Shown here: positions 19,999-28,747 of the stretch, in pieces
Position numbering within the stretch: the first letter of the stretch is position 1
Layout of the letters: each line of letters starts with the position of its first letter
Source of the DNA: Candidatus Latescibacterota bacterium
GTDB taxonomy: Bacteria > Latescibacterota > UBA2968 > UBA8231
Assembly: GCA_965215195.1 (NCBI GenBank)
Contig: CBDCDC010000002.1
Coordinates: forward strand, 3,520,001 to 3,584,000
Direction of reading: 5' to 3'
Length of the DNA stretch: 64,000 bases
Position numbers and translations under genes: made by a program
The notes under the pieces: model-generated
The model's input: the letters and a program-made list of their open reading frames with translations, nothing else
What the model was told of the DNA's origin: nothing
The model's database searches: none

Positions 19999-20943
19999 TT
20001 AGCAAGCCGACTTTGAATGGGCAGCCGCCTTTAGATAACCCCGAGTGCGGCTGGACCAGAACAAATAACTAAAAACCAGATCCGGGACATAGGTTTTCAC
20101 AAGCCAGCGGGCCAACCAGCGGATTGGGTAGTGAATCGGCGACAACAGGGCTAGCTGGAGCGCGAGTCGCCGAGGAGAAAATCCACAGGCCCTGATAAAG
20201 TCCAGCCGGAGTACGGCGTCAAGCTCGGGATGCTTGTGCAAAAGGATGGGGATTGACTTGCTACCGTAAGTTTGCATCAGGCGGCAGAGTGGCTCCAATG
20301 AACGCAAGTGATAGTGGTAGGACAGGGCTTCAGGAGCATAGTAAAGCGGAATACCCGCCAAATGGAGGCGATACCCTAATTCTAGGTCTTCGCCGCCATA
20401 AGCAGTGAGGTCCTCGTCGAAAAAACCTACGCGGAGCAGGGACGACCGGCGAACTGAGGAGTTGCCGGTGACGAAGCACTTGAAAGGTATGGGCTTATCC
20501 GCGTCGACCCTGTGGGGCCCCCTCCCTTCGAGATAGCGGGTCAGGGATGTAGTGGGAATTTCACGGGCAAAGCGGATGTTGCCGATAAAAACGGCTTCCG
20601 CGTGGTTTTGATGCCGCTGGGCATGGGCGCGGAGAAAATTCGTGCCGACGGTCATGTCGCTGTCGAGAAAGACGACGAGGTCGCCGCTGGCGACCCGAAG
20701 TGCTGCGTTGCGCGCCCGAGCGCGTCCCTGATTCTGTTCGTTGCGCAGCAGCCGCAATTGTAAAGGCGCGACCGCCGCATGCAATTGCTCGGCATCCAAG
20801 TGGGGGGAGGCGTCGTCCACTACGATGATTTGAATCGCCTCGTGGGGATAATTTTGCTGCGACAGGGTCTTAAGTGCTGCTTCGAGGCGCTCAGGCTCGC
20901 CATAGGTAGGCATTACGACGCTGAGCGTCAGCGGGATATTCAT
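19999..20943 (-). CDS. Glycosyltransferase family 2
   Basis: SVVMPTY, IIVVDDAS, FLDSD, GGEDLELGYRL; start set to ATG 20943 overlapping the upstream stop. Confidence 0.9.
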   Translation of the reverse strand: MNIPLTLSVVMPTYGEPERLEAALKTLSQQNYPHEAIQIIVVDDASPHLDAEQLHAAVAPLQLRLLRNEQNQGRARARNAALRVASGDLVVFLDSDMTVGTNFLRAHAQRHQNHAEAVFIGNIRFAREIPTTSLTRYLEGRGPHRVDADKPIPFKCFVTGNSSVRRSSLLRVGFFDEDLTAYGGEDLELGYRLHLAGIPLYYAPEALSYHYHLRSLEPLCRLMQTYGSKSIPILLHKHPELDAVLRLDFIRACGFSPRRLALQLALLSPIHYPIRWLARWLVKTYVPDLVFSYLFWSSRTRGYLKAAAHSKSAC

Positions 20944-22055
20944 GCTAAAGTTTCGTAAAGCTGGGTGAGTTGAGCGGCTTCCCGTTCCCAATTATAGTGC
21001 TGGGCTGCCTGCAAGCTCGCCTTGGCACAGGCCTCTCGCTGCTCTGCATTGTCCAAAAAAGCGGTGATCTGCTCTCGAATGGCAACTATATTGGTTGGAT
21101 CAACCGTAACTCCGGTACGCGTTTCGCGGACGATGCGCTGCATTTCAGGAAAGTTGCTGGCTAGGATTGGTAACCCGGCCATCATATATTCAAAGAGTTT
21201 GTTGGGCAGAGAGTAGTAGAAGCTCTTGCCCGTGCCTTTGATCAGACACAGCCCCAAGTCGGCCGAGCAAGTATAATTGTGAAGTTGGTGAAAGGGCACC
21301 CGGGGAATAAAATAGACCCGATCGTCTAGCCCGGCAGCGCAGACTTGGTTCCGCAGGGCCTGTTCGCTAGGTCCGTCCCCAATTAGAACTAGGGCGGCGG
21401 CAAGCCCAGCGGCGGCCTCAATTTGCTCGCGCAAGCCATTTTCGGTGAGGAATCCTCCTTGATAGAGCACAATAGGGCGATCATCGGGCAGGTCCAGCGT
21501 TCCGCGTATCAGGTTGCTTTGGACCTTATGGCGGAATAACGGCAAATTGTGCAGAACAACGACCTCGTCAAGGCGGTAGCGCTCCTTGAGTGATTGGGCG
21601 ATAGACCCGCTGACGGTAATGACTCGATCTACCCGTCTTATCAGCCGCCGCTCCAACAAACTCCAGCAGGACCGCATCAGCGGTCGGTTGACAAGTGAGG
21701 ATTGTTCGGTCCAAAATTCGTGTGCGTCGTAGACGATGGGCAAATCTAGTCGCTGTGCAGCTCGCACTGCTGGCCAGAGCGAGTCTAGGTCGTGGGCGTG
21801 ATAAGCATCCGGATGGGTAGCGACCAGCAGTGGATAGGCTCGTTGCCAAAACAAAGGGTAGAGGCGGCGCAGTGAGCGGCTTCGGTCTAGCGGAATCGAA
21901 TGGATTTCAAAATCGTCCCATCCCTTGAGAGGAGTTGGCTTGAACGAGGAGGCGACAATGACGACTTGGTGACCAGCACGGCGCAGCGAAGTGGCCTCTC
22001 GGTAGATGCGGTAGTCGAAATTCAGGTCGGTGAAGGCGACCATACAGATACGCAT
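20940..22055 (-). CDS. Glycosyltransferase family 4
   Basis: HAHD, VYDAHE, SLPNKLFEYMMAGLP; start set to ATG 22055 (MRICMVAF). Confidence 0.9.
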   Translation of the reverse strand: MRICMVAFTDLNFDYRIYREATSLRRAGHQVVIVASSFKPTPLKGWDDFEIHSIPLDRSRSLRRLYPLFWQRAYPLLVATHPDAYHAHDLDSLWPAVRAAQRLDLPIVYDAHEFWTEQSSLVNRPLMRSCWSLLERRLIRRVDRVITVSGSIAQSLKERYRLDEVVVLHNLPLFRHKVQSNLIRGTLDLPDDRPIVLYQGGFLTENGLREQIEAAAGLAAALVLIGDGPSEQALRNQVCAAGLDDRVYFIPRVPFHQLHNYTCSADLGLCLIKGTGKSFYYSLPNKLFEYMMAGLPILASNFPEMQRIVRETRTGVTVDPTNIVAIREQITAFLDNAEQREACAKASLQAAQHYNWEREAAQLTQLYETLA

Positions 22056-22080
22056 GGCGTATAAAGGAATCGGTATAAAG

Positions 22081-22119
22081 ATAAATAAAAAGCAGCCCAT
22101 TTTTAGATGGGCTGCTTTT
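22081..22119 (-). terminator. Intrinsic terminator (could act bidirectionally)
   Basis: AAAAGCAGCCCAT-ttttag-ATGGGCTGCTTTT; U-rich tail on the minus strand. Confidence 0.85.
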
Positions 22120-22284
22120 CAAAGAGTGTGGCGGCCAGACGGTGTGATCTTGAAACGCAAGTGAGATCCTCAAACGAGGCGGTGTGGGGAGGTAATTTTG
22201 AAGATCTCAACGACCCGAAAAGGGAAATCCGAGCTTCGCGAATCAGGATTTTGGCCACGCTAGCGGACCGCCACACTATTTGAA
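22085..22284 (-). ncRNA. Candidate structured non-coding RNA of unknown family
   Basis: Own promoter and terminator; closing stem (22268-22284 pairs with 22118-22134); internal hairpins including a 13-bp stem whose single non-Watson-Crick pair is G-U only on the minus strand. Confidence 0.65.
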
Positions 22285-22288
22285 ACCT

Positions 22289-22317
22289 AAAATACACACG
22301 CTAGATTGTGTTGTCAA
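22289..22317 (-). promoter_or_regulatory. sigma70 promoter with ACAC-N8-GTGT palindrome in the spacer
   Basis: Minus strand TTGACA-ACACAATCTAGCGTGTG (17 nt)-TATTTT. Confidence 0.75.
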
Positions 22318-22354
22318 GTAGAAAAACACATGCACAGAAAACCATAGCGGGGTC

Positions 22355-22383
22355 TTGCACACTTACCAGTGTGTGCATATCTT
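22355..22383 (+). promoter_or_regulatory. XRE gene promoter overlapped by TGCACAC-N8-GTGTGCA palindrome
   Basis: TTGCAC-17 nt-TATCTT; perfect 7-bp-arm palindrome at 22356-22377. Confidence 0.7.
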
Positions 22384-22421
22384 AATGGAGAAAATGGTTG
22401 AAAATAGCAGAGGGATCGCGA

Positions 22422-22955
22422 ATGCAGTTTGCGGAAATGATCAAGGAAGCCCGGTCACGAGCCCATCTGAGCCAGCAGGGATTGGCCGCGCAAGTCGTGA
22501 CGGCACGAAAGCCCAATGGCGTATGGGCAACCTATATAGGACAAATTGAGAAGGGGGAGAAGGTTCCTTCCGACGAAGTATGTATCAAGTTGGCCGAGGT
22601 TTTGGAACTCGACTATAACAGAGTGTTGATTGCTGCTTATGAGGCCAAGGCGGGCTCGGAGGAGGGACGTGCGCTCTATGGCAAGATGATGCGCTCGTTG
22701 TCGGACCCAGTGGTCAATAAGCTCCTGTCTAGCGAAGAGCCTTTGGATCCAGCCCTCTTAGGGGTGCTCTCCAACCCAGAAATCGCGGCTCTGCTCGGGG
22801 ATCAACCGTGGTTAGAGGCAGTTGCCCGGGCGCGCAAGAAACAGAAGGAACGCGATGTGTTGAGGCTGCTCGCTCTAGTAGAGGCGATGGACGACAAACA
22901 GTGGGATATGGTAATGGGCATAATAGGGACTTGGAACTTAGAACCGCCTAATTGA
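22422..22955 (+). CDS. XRE family helix-turn-helix transcriptional regulator
   Basis: IKEAR...LSQQGLA...YIGQIEKGEKVPS....KLAEVL HTH plus an uncharacterised C-terminal domain; AGAGGGA RBS before ATG 22422. Confidence 0.88.
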   Translation: MQFAEMIKEARSRAHLSQQGLAAQVVTARKPNGVWATYIGQIEKGEKVPSDEVCIKLAEVLELDYNRVLIAAYEAKAGSEEGRALYGKMMRSLSDPVVNKLLSSEEPLDPALLGVLSNPEIAALLGDQPWLEAVARARKKQKERDVLRLLALVEAMDDKQWDMVMGIIGTWNLEPPN

Positions 22956-23028
22956 GGGGGCAGTTCCGCTTGGGAGGATTAGGGGAACCATCGACGAAAA
23001 AGTTAAAGTCTGATGGAGAGCGAAGGAG

Positions 23029-23484
23029 TTAGAAGTCGGGTAATTTATACTCGCCGCGCTCAATGGCTCGCTCTAACTCTTGGTGGAAGGTGCTGTCTAG
23101 GTGGGAAGTAATTTTCCAACCACTGGAATCGCGAAGAAAATAAAAGAATGGCGACGTGCGCTCATCGTCTAGCGTAGAGGAATCGAAGAGTAAGTAACCT
23201 ATGCGCTCGTTGATGATGCGCTCTTCGGCGATTTCGCGCCGCAGATGAGCCTTTATCTCGGCTGGTGTCTTTTGCCGCCATCGTTCGGCAAAGCCCTGAC
23301 GATCTTCTCCCTCCATTTGCGAAGAATTGAAACATTCCCCAAGCAGGTCAAAGTCGCTGTTTTCTAGGGCATATTTATAGGTCTGAAAGGTCTGGGCCGG
23401 GTGGGAGAACCGTTGGTCTACTTCTTCGCTATGGCAGCCGAGAAAGATGAAAAGGACGATGCAAAGGAAGGGTTGTAGGACCAT
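23029..23484 (-). CDS. Hypothetical lipoprotein (possible NTF2-like fold)
   Basis: Hydrophobic N-terminus with LGC lipobox from ATG 23484; F.R...GWKI ending pattern. Confidence 0.6.
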   Translation of the reverse strand: MVLQPFLCIVLFIFLGCHSEEVDQRFSHPAQTFQTYKYALENSDFDLLGECFNSSQMEGEDRQGFAERWRQKTPAEIKAHLRREIAEERIINERIGYLLFDSSTLDDERTSPFFYFLRDSSGWKITSHLDSTFHQELERAIERGEYKLPDF

Positions 23485-23565
23485 AGTGTGCAGCGCACGG
23501 ATTAGTATCCTGAGCAACGTCAACGACTTGGTAGGAGTTATGTCTGCGTCCATCGAGATTGGGCT

Positions 23566-24261
23566 TCAGGGCTTGGCTTTATTAACGAGCAATTCGATGG
23601 CATCGCGCAGCCGGGCGGCGTCTTCGTATTCTTCGCAAATAACGGCCTGCTGTAGCTGGTCCTGAAGCAGGCTGAGTTCGTCTTTCTCTTTTTTGAGAGG
23701 CTGCCGGGCTTCGGCCTTTTCGGCGTTCCGCTTAGGTGGACGGATGTTGGCCGTCTCAGATTCTACACTGAGAGATTTAGAAATCTGCGTTTCAAACTCG
23801 TAGAAGCGGTTCAGTGTGTGTTCAACGTCCAAGTCGGTCTCCAAAGGCTCCAAGCCCACCTCGTCAAGCAACGTATGAGAAACGTAGATAGGCGAATCAG
23901 TGCGCAAGGCCAAAGCAATTGCGTCGCTGGGACGTGCGTCAATGTCTTTTATTGTGTGATTCTTCTCAATGACGACTCTCGCGTAGTAAATTGAGCGATG
24001 CACGTTGTGAATGACAACTTGGCGCACATTTATCGCAAGGTAGTTGACCATAGAAGAGAGCAAGTCGTAGGAAATCGGGCGTATAGGTCCATCGTTTTCT
24101 AGCCGCATCCGAATGGCGGCCGCTTCAAATTCGCCGATGGGAATGGGCAAGAGCCGCGGCAGTTCACCTTCCTTCTCGCCTAACCATACCAAGGGCCTGT
24201 CCTCGCGCAAATAGGGACTAACCTTGACCACGGACATCTCGACTAAAGAGGTATTACTCAT
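23566..24261 (-). CDS. Bifunctional nuclease (DUF151) with C-terminal UVR domain
   Basis: LPIPIGEFEA, RPISYDL, IDARPSDAIALALR; EEYEDAARLRD UVR motif. Confidence 0.9.
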   Translation of the reverse strand: MSNTSLVEMSVVKVSPYLREDRPLVWLGEKEGELPRLLPIPIGEFEAAAIRMRLENDGPIRPISYDLLSSMVNYLAINVRQVVIHNVHRSIYYARVVIEKNHTIKDIDARPSDAIALALRTDSPIYVSHTLLDEVGLEPLETDLDVEHTLNRFYEFETQISKSLSVESETANIRPPKRNAEKAEARQPLKKEKDELSLLQDQLQQAVICEEYEDAARLRDAIELLVNKAKP

Positions 24262-24880
24262 TAATCATCTCCCTGTTGAGACGGCTAATCTCGTCGCGAA
24301 GCCGCGCCGCCTCCTCGTAAACTTCTTCGGCAACGGCTTGGCGCATGCGTCTTTTGAGTTGTTCTAGCTGATTGACGGCTGGTGCGGCGATGATAGGCTG
24401 CTCTTCTCGCGGTGCGGTCACGGGTTTGGTGATGGCCTCAACGTCAGCTTTAACCCATTCATCGTCGTCGGAGCGAACGCAGCCTACCTCTTTGAGGATC
24501 TCGACAGCGGCGTAGATCGGCGCACGAAAGCGCAAGGCTAGGGCAATGGCATCGCTGGGACGTGCGTCGAGCGTATGAGTCCTGCCCTCGTCGTCGACGA
24601 GATGAATCTCGGCGTAGTACGTTCTTTCGCGTAAGTTAAAGTCGGTGATTTCGACCCGGACTACCCGGGCATCGACGTCGTCGAGAATCCGATGGGCTAG
24701 GTCATAACTGATGGGTCGTGCGGGTTGCCGCTTGCTGTGGGCCATAGAAATGGCTGCCGCCTCGAAGCGGCCGATGACAATGTGCAGATAATAGTTGCCT
24801 TCGACTTCTTTGAGCACTACTTCAGGGTATAAAGATTGAGATTTGCTGCTTAAGACCCCCTTGACTTCCATCAGAATCAT
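24254..24880 (-). CDS. Second bifunctional nuclease (DUF151) with UVR domain
   Basis: IVIGRFEA, RPISYDL, LDARPSDAIALALR; EVYEEAARLRD. Confidence 0.9.
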   Translation of the reverse strand: MILMEVKGVLSSKSQSLYPEVVLKEVEGNYYLHIVIGRFEAAAISMAHSKRQPARPISYDLAHRILDDVDARVVRVEITDFNLRERTYYAEIHLVDDEGRTHTLDARPSDAIALALRFRAPIYAAVEILKEVGCVRSDDDEWVKADVEAITKPVTAPREEQPIIAAPAVNQLEQLKRRMRQAVAEEVYEEAARLRDEISRLNREMINE

Positions 24881-24952
24881 AACGGTACACTGCGGTTTAA
24901 TAGGCGATTGCCAATTGACTTGGGGAAATATAATACGACCTCAAAGCAAGTG

Positions 24953-25132
24953 TCAACTAACTCGTGCCTCTTCGCCATTTGGCAAATCTCCCTTTTTGTT
25001 TTTTAACTTCAACTCAAGTTCTGCAAGTTGGCGGCCCAGTTCCTCGGTGCGTCGGCTTAGGTGCGCCAAATAAGAAAAAAGCACGATCCACACGGCCGCG
25101 AAGGCGGCAAATAAATAGTGGAGATTGTCCAT
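24953..25132 (-). CDS. ccmD: CcmD-like small membrane protein
   Basis: Manual translation MDNLHYLFAAFAAVWIVLFSYLAHLSRRTEELGRQLAELE... (59 aa), directly after ccmC. Confidence 0.8.
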   Translation of the reverse strand: MDNLHYLFAAFAAVWIVLFSYLAHLSRRTEELGRQLAELELKLKNKKGDLPNGEEARVS

Positions 25133-25138
25133 AGGATC

Positions 25139-25810
25139 CTACGTTTCGTCAATTAGTTTTTGCCGCAGGAGAGCCACGGCTTTTTCGATGCGGGCTAGTT
25201 CCATGCGTTGCGCTAGGAGGCGAAAGAGCAGCAGGAAGAAAGCTGCGTAGCAGATCCACTTGGTGTATTGCATTGTCGGATCGAGTTCTACGTTGCGCGG
25301 CGGGTGTAGCTGTTGGTCGGCGGCCCACAGATCGACAGCATAGTACACCAAAGGAACATTGGCGAAGGCGAGAATGCCCAGTACAGCACTGATGCGTTGT
25401 ACTGGGGTAGAGTGAGCTCCGTATCCTCGCACCATTAGGTAGGCCACGTAGATGGTGAAAGTAATCAGCATTGAGGTTAGGCGCGGCTCCCATCGCCAGT
25501 AAACCCCCCAGATGGGTTTGGCCCACAAGGGCCCAGTGATCAGCACGATCAACGCAAAGATCACGCCCAACTCGGCGGAGCATAGCGCTAGACGATCCCA
25601 CTTGTCCTCGCGGGTGCGCAGATACTGTACGCTGCCGACGAATACAAGAAAAAAGGCCAGAAACGAAGAAATCGCCGCCGGCACGTGAAAATAGAAGATT
25701 CGTTGGACGATTCCCATTTCCTTTTCAGTCGGGACCCATAAAAAAATCGCGCCCAAGGCAACGAGCATGAGCAAAAAAACCAAACAGGAAAATAGAACCG
25801 AGCGCATCAT
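25139..25810 (-). CDS. ccmC: Heme exporter CcmC
   Basis: IFYFHVP and WWD-like motif WAKPIWGVYWRWEPRLT. Confidence 0.93.
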   Translation of the reverse strand: MMRSVLFSCLVFLLMLVALGAIFLWVPTEKEMGIVQRIFYFHVPAAISSFLAFFLVFVGSVQYLRTREDKWDRLALCSAELGVIFALIVLITGPLWAKPIWGVYWRWEPRLTSMLITFTIYVAYLMVRGYGAHSTPVQRISAVLGILAFANVPLVYYAVDLWAADQQLHPPRNVELDPTMQYTKWICYAAFFLLLFRLLAQRMELARIEKAVALLRQKLIDET

Positions 25811-26484
25811 TCCTCGATTGCGTATTCAAAGAGCATTAGCGATAGCACTGTGAAAACTACCGCGTACACCCCCAACATTTGTAGGTGCGGAAAGAGCTTT
25901 TCGCAACAGTCATTGGCCAGCACTAGCCCCGTCGCCTCCACGCAGGCAATCAACGCCGGCAAGAGCATGGGCAAGAGCAAAAGCGGCAGCAGTAGTTCGC
26001 GCAAACGCATGTTGTTCGACAGTGCCGCAAAGAGCGTACCGACCGACGCCATACAAGCCGAGCCTAGGACAAAGACGGCCAGCAGAGGGAGCAAGAAGAA
26101 ACTCAGGGACAGATTAAAGAAGAGGGCGAAAAAGGGCAAACTCAGCAATTCGACTGCTAGAAGAAAAACAAAATTGCCCAGCATTTTGCCTAGATAGATG
26201 GCACCGCGGTCTCCCGGTGCTAACAGCAGCGCGTCAAGCGCGTCGTTTTCGCGTTCGTCGGCAAAAGAGCGGCTCAAACTCAGCAGGCTGGCGAAGACAT
26301 AAGACGACCAGAGCGTACCAGGCCCAATCTCGCGTAGAGCGGCCCCGCCTAGATCAAAGGAAAAGTTGAATACCAGCAACATTAACAATATAAAGAAGAC
26401 CATCGGGCTGAGACGCGCCTTAGTCCGCCACTCGGCTTTCAGATCCTTGCGCAGTATTGCCAACGCACGTCCGAAAAAGCTCAT
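25807..26484 (-). CDS. ccmB: Heme exporter CcmB
   Basis: KDLKAEWR, F.DERENDALD.LLL, LLP.LLLP. Confidence 0.92.
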   Translation of the reverse strand: MSFFGRALAILRKDLKAEWRTKARLSPMVFFILLMLLVFNFSFDLGGAALREIGPGTLWSSYVFASLLSLSRSFADERENDALDALLLAPGDRGAIYLGKMLGNFVFLLAVELLSLPFFALFFNLSLSFFLLPLLAVFVLGSACMASVGTLFAALSNNMRLRELLLPLLLLPMLLPALIACVEATGLVLANDCCEKLFPHLQMLGVYAVVFTVLSLMLFEYAIEE

Positions 26485-27197
26485 GGGTCGGCGTCGAGAT
26501 AGGGTGTGCAGAGCCTGTGCAGTTGGTCCAGATCATGCGTCAGGACTTGGTCCAAGCGCCATTGCCCGCGTTCGATCACCAACAGGCGATCCACTAGACC
26601 ATCGGCTTCGTCGAGGCGATGAGCTACCAAGACGCAGGTGCATCCCTCTTGCCGAAGGCGGCGCAAAAGGCGGTGCAATGCAGCGCTGGCACTGATGTCA
26701 AGGCCGGTAAACGGCTCGTCAAGCAAGAGAATGGAGGGACAATGCAGGATAGCACGGGCAATAGCTAGACGCTGCTTCATACCGCGAGAGAACGAACCCA
26801 CGCGCTGGTTGAGCTGCTCATTCAAACCAACAGCCGTTAAGGCCGTAGCGAGCCGTTCGTCTGGGTTATCCAATCCATAGAGCTGGGCGAAGAAGCGCAA
26901 GTTCTCCCTCGCCGTCAGTTCGTCGTAGAGCAAGGTCTGATGCGAGAGCAGGCCGATCTCCGCCCGTGCCTCGGGGGTGCGTTGGGGATCGCGACCGTTG
27001 ATCTTCACTCTTCCCTCCGAAGGTCGGCAGAGGCCGGCCACCAGTCGCAGCAGGGTACTCTTGCCCGCGCCATTGGCACCAACGACCAGTACCGCTTGAC
27101 CTCGCGGGATGACCAGATCAGTGGGATGCAGGGCTGTGCGGGTGCCGAAGCGCTTGGCAGCACCCTCTAGGACGATTGCGTCGTCTCCACTCATCAA
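26481..27197 (-). CDS. ccmA: Heme ABC exporter ATP-binding CcmA
   Basis: GANGAGKST, FSRGMKQR, LLLDEPFTGLD; adjacent to ccmB. Confidence 0.92.
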   Translation of the reverse strand: MMSGDDAIVLEGAAKRFGTRTALHPTDLVIPRGQAVLVVGANGAGKSTLLRLVAGLCRPSEGRVKINGRDPQRTPEARAEIGLLSHQTLLYDELTARENLRFFAQLYGLDNPDERLATALTAVGLNEQLNQRVGSFSRGMKQRLAIARAILHCPSILLLDEPFTGLDISASAALHRLLRRLRQEGCTCVLVAHRLDEADGLVDRLLVIERGQWRLDQVLTHDLDQLHRLCTPYLDADP

Positions 27198-28267
27198 ACT
27201 TCAAGTGCTTGAGTCAGGGCAACAGCTTCGCGCATCAGATGCGCCCGCTGGTCAATGTAATGCGGATCTTCGGGCCGCCCGACAAAAGAGTCGTCGAGCC
27301 GAGCGAGTTCCTCAATGAGATGCTGCCGCCGTTCCAGCGTCCGGGTGCGATCGGTGCTTGAGTATTGGCGGCTCAATGCCAGTGCGACACCACCCGCGAG
27401 GAATGCGCCTGCCAGCACAGCCCATTTGAGCGACCAACGCAGCGAGGGGGCAAAGGGTAAGGGAATCGCCACCTGCTGGCTTGGCTGTAGGTTTTCTATG
27501 GCAACTTTCCGGTATTGGCGGCCGTGCTGCTCAATAATACCTAGATCGATAAAAGGTGGTTTGATCTCCATGGAAGGGGGATCGAGAAAAACCTCCAAGC
27601 GGTTGGTAGGATAGATCACCTGATGCACATAGGGACTGGCGAATTTGCGTACGTCGATAGAAAAAGAAAAGCTCCGCTGCGAGCGGCCCGGAGGCAGAGG
27701 CTGGTTGTCGAAGAAACGGCCTTCTCCGGCTTGGTGAAGCAGACCCGAGTGGCTTTGGAGATTGAAGATGCTCTTTGGCAAGGCAAGCTCAGTCACTTGA
27801 CGCTCGCGCCCGTCGCCGTTGCCCGAGTAAGTGCGCTCTAGGGTGTTGTGAATTTGCAGGAGCTGGATACACTCAACCGCGTTCTCGCGCAAAGAGAAAA
27901 AGAGATGATGAGTACCGATGCGGATGCCAGAGGGATCGCTGGTCTTTTCGTAAACCTCGAGGATGATCTGTTGCTGTACACCGACCTCAAGGGTTGAGGA
28001 GAAGTAGGGGATGCCATCGTAGAAGGCGGCTAGCCCGAAGTGGAGTCCGCTCTGTAGGAAGGGACCGGCAAAAGAGAAGTGCCCCTCGGCGTCGGTCTCC
28101 TTGCGCCGCATCTCGAGAATCTGTCCGTCTTGGCGGACGTAGAAGGCCACGGGGATGCCCGGGACTCGCGCTTGGGTGAAGGGATTGAGTACATAACCGT
28201 TGATCGCCGCACCCCACAGATCGGAAGCACAAAGGACGACTGCGACGCAAAGCGAGCGCAGGGCCAT
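27194..28267 (-). CDS. Hypothetical exported, C-terminally anchored protein in the ccm operon
   Basis: Signal peptide, carboxypeptidase-regulatory-like N-terminus (TDAEGHFSF), C-terminal TM followed by LIEELARLDD. Confidence 0.7.
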   Translation of the reverse strand: MALRSLCVAVVLCASDLWGAAINGYVLNPFTQARVPGIPVAFYVRQDGQILEMRRKETDAEGHFSFAGPFLQSGLHFGLAAFYDGIPYFSSTLEVGVQQQIILEVYEKTSDPSGIRIGTHHLFFSLRENAVECIQLLQIHNTLERTYSGNGDGRERQVTELALPKSIFNLQSHSGLLHQAGEGRFFDNQPLPPGRSQRSFSFSIDVRKFASPYVHQVIYPTNRLEVFLDPPSMEIKPPFIDLGIIEQHGRQYRKVAIENLQPSQQVAIPLPFAPSLRWSLKWAVLAGAFLAGGVALALSRQYSSTDRTRTLERRQHLIEELARLDDSFVGRPEDPHYIDQRAHLMREAVALTQALEV

Positions 28268-28270
28268 GGC

Positions 28271-28708
28271 TCAGCTAGGTTCCACTAGAGAGGACCCGCA
28301 TTGCGGACAGAACAGATCGCCCTCGCGGCGCAGGGTCCCGCAGCCGCGGCAACGAGGAACGGCGGTTTTTTGGCGCAGAGCCGCGACCTCGTCCTCTATG
28401 CGTCGTTCGAGTTGATGGCTGCCCGCGCCGTTGAGCCGATCCAACTCGCCTATAACTGCCAGCGTCTCGGCCTCCAACTCGGCGAAGAGGCGCTGAAAGT
28501 CCTCTGCGGACACTTTACCGAGCTTGTGGTCAAATTCCAACTCGACGATCTCGCCCAAGAGCTGCTCCTTGCGCTCAAAGAGCTGTCGCGTCTGCCCGCC
28601 CGCCGCACCCGCCCGCCCGCTCATTAGGAGGGGATGTCCCAGATAGAGCAATAGCCCCAATAGCAGGACGAGTGAACACAATATAGATAAGAGTTCCATC
28701 GCATTCAT
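28271..28708 (-). CDS. CcmI-N-like membrane protein with zinc ribbon
   Basis: N-terminal TM, ELEFDHKLGKVSAEDF, CRGCG...FCPQCG. Confidence 0.75.
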   Translation of the reverse strand: MNAMELLSILCSLVLLLGLLLYLGHPLLMSGRAGAAGGQTRQLFERKEQLLGEIVELEFDHKLGKVSAEDFQRLFAELEAETLAVIGELDRLNGAGSHQLERRIEDEVAALRQKTAVPRCRGCGTLRREGDLFCPQCGSSLVEPS

Positions 28709-28747
28709 TATATACGACCCTCGCAGGCCCGCACCTGTTCGGTCGAA

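Noticed and set aside
22103-22297. 64-aa minus-strand ORF over the candidate RNA
   Set aside because: Its start lies inside the promoter spacer upstream of the predicted transcription start, it has no RBS and it ends within the terminator
22422-22955. XRE gene as a prophage repressor
   Set aside because: No integrase, cro-like or structural phage genes nearby; flanked by housekeeping genes
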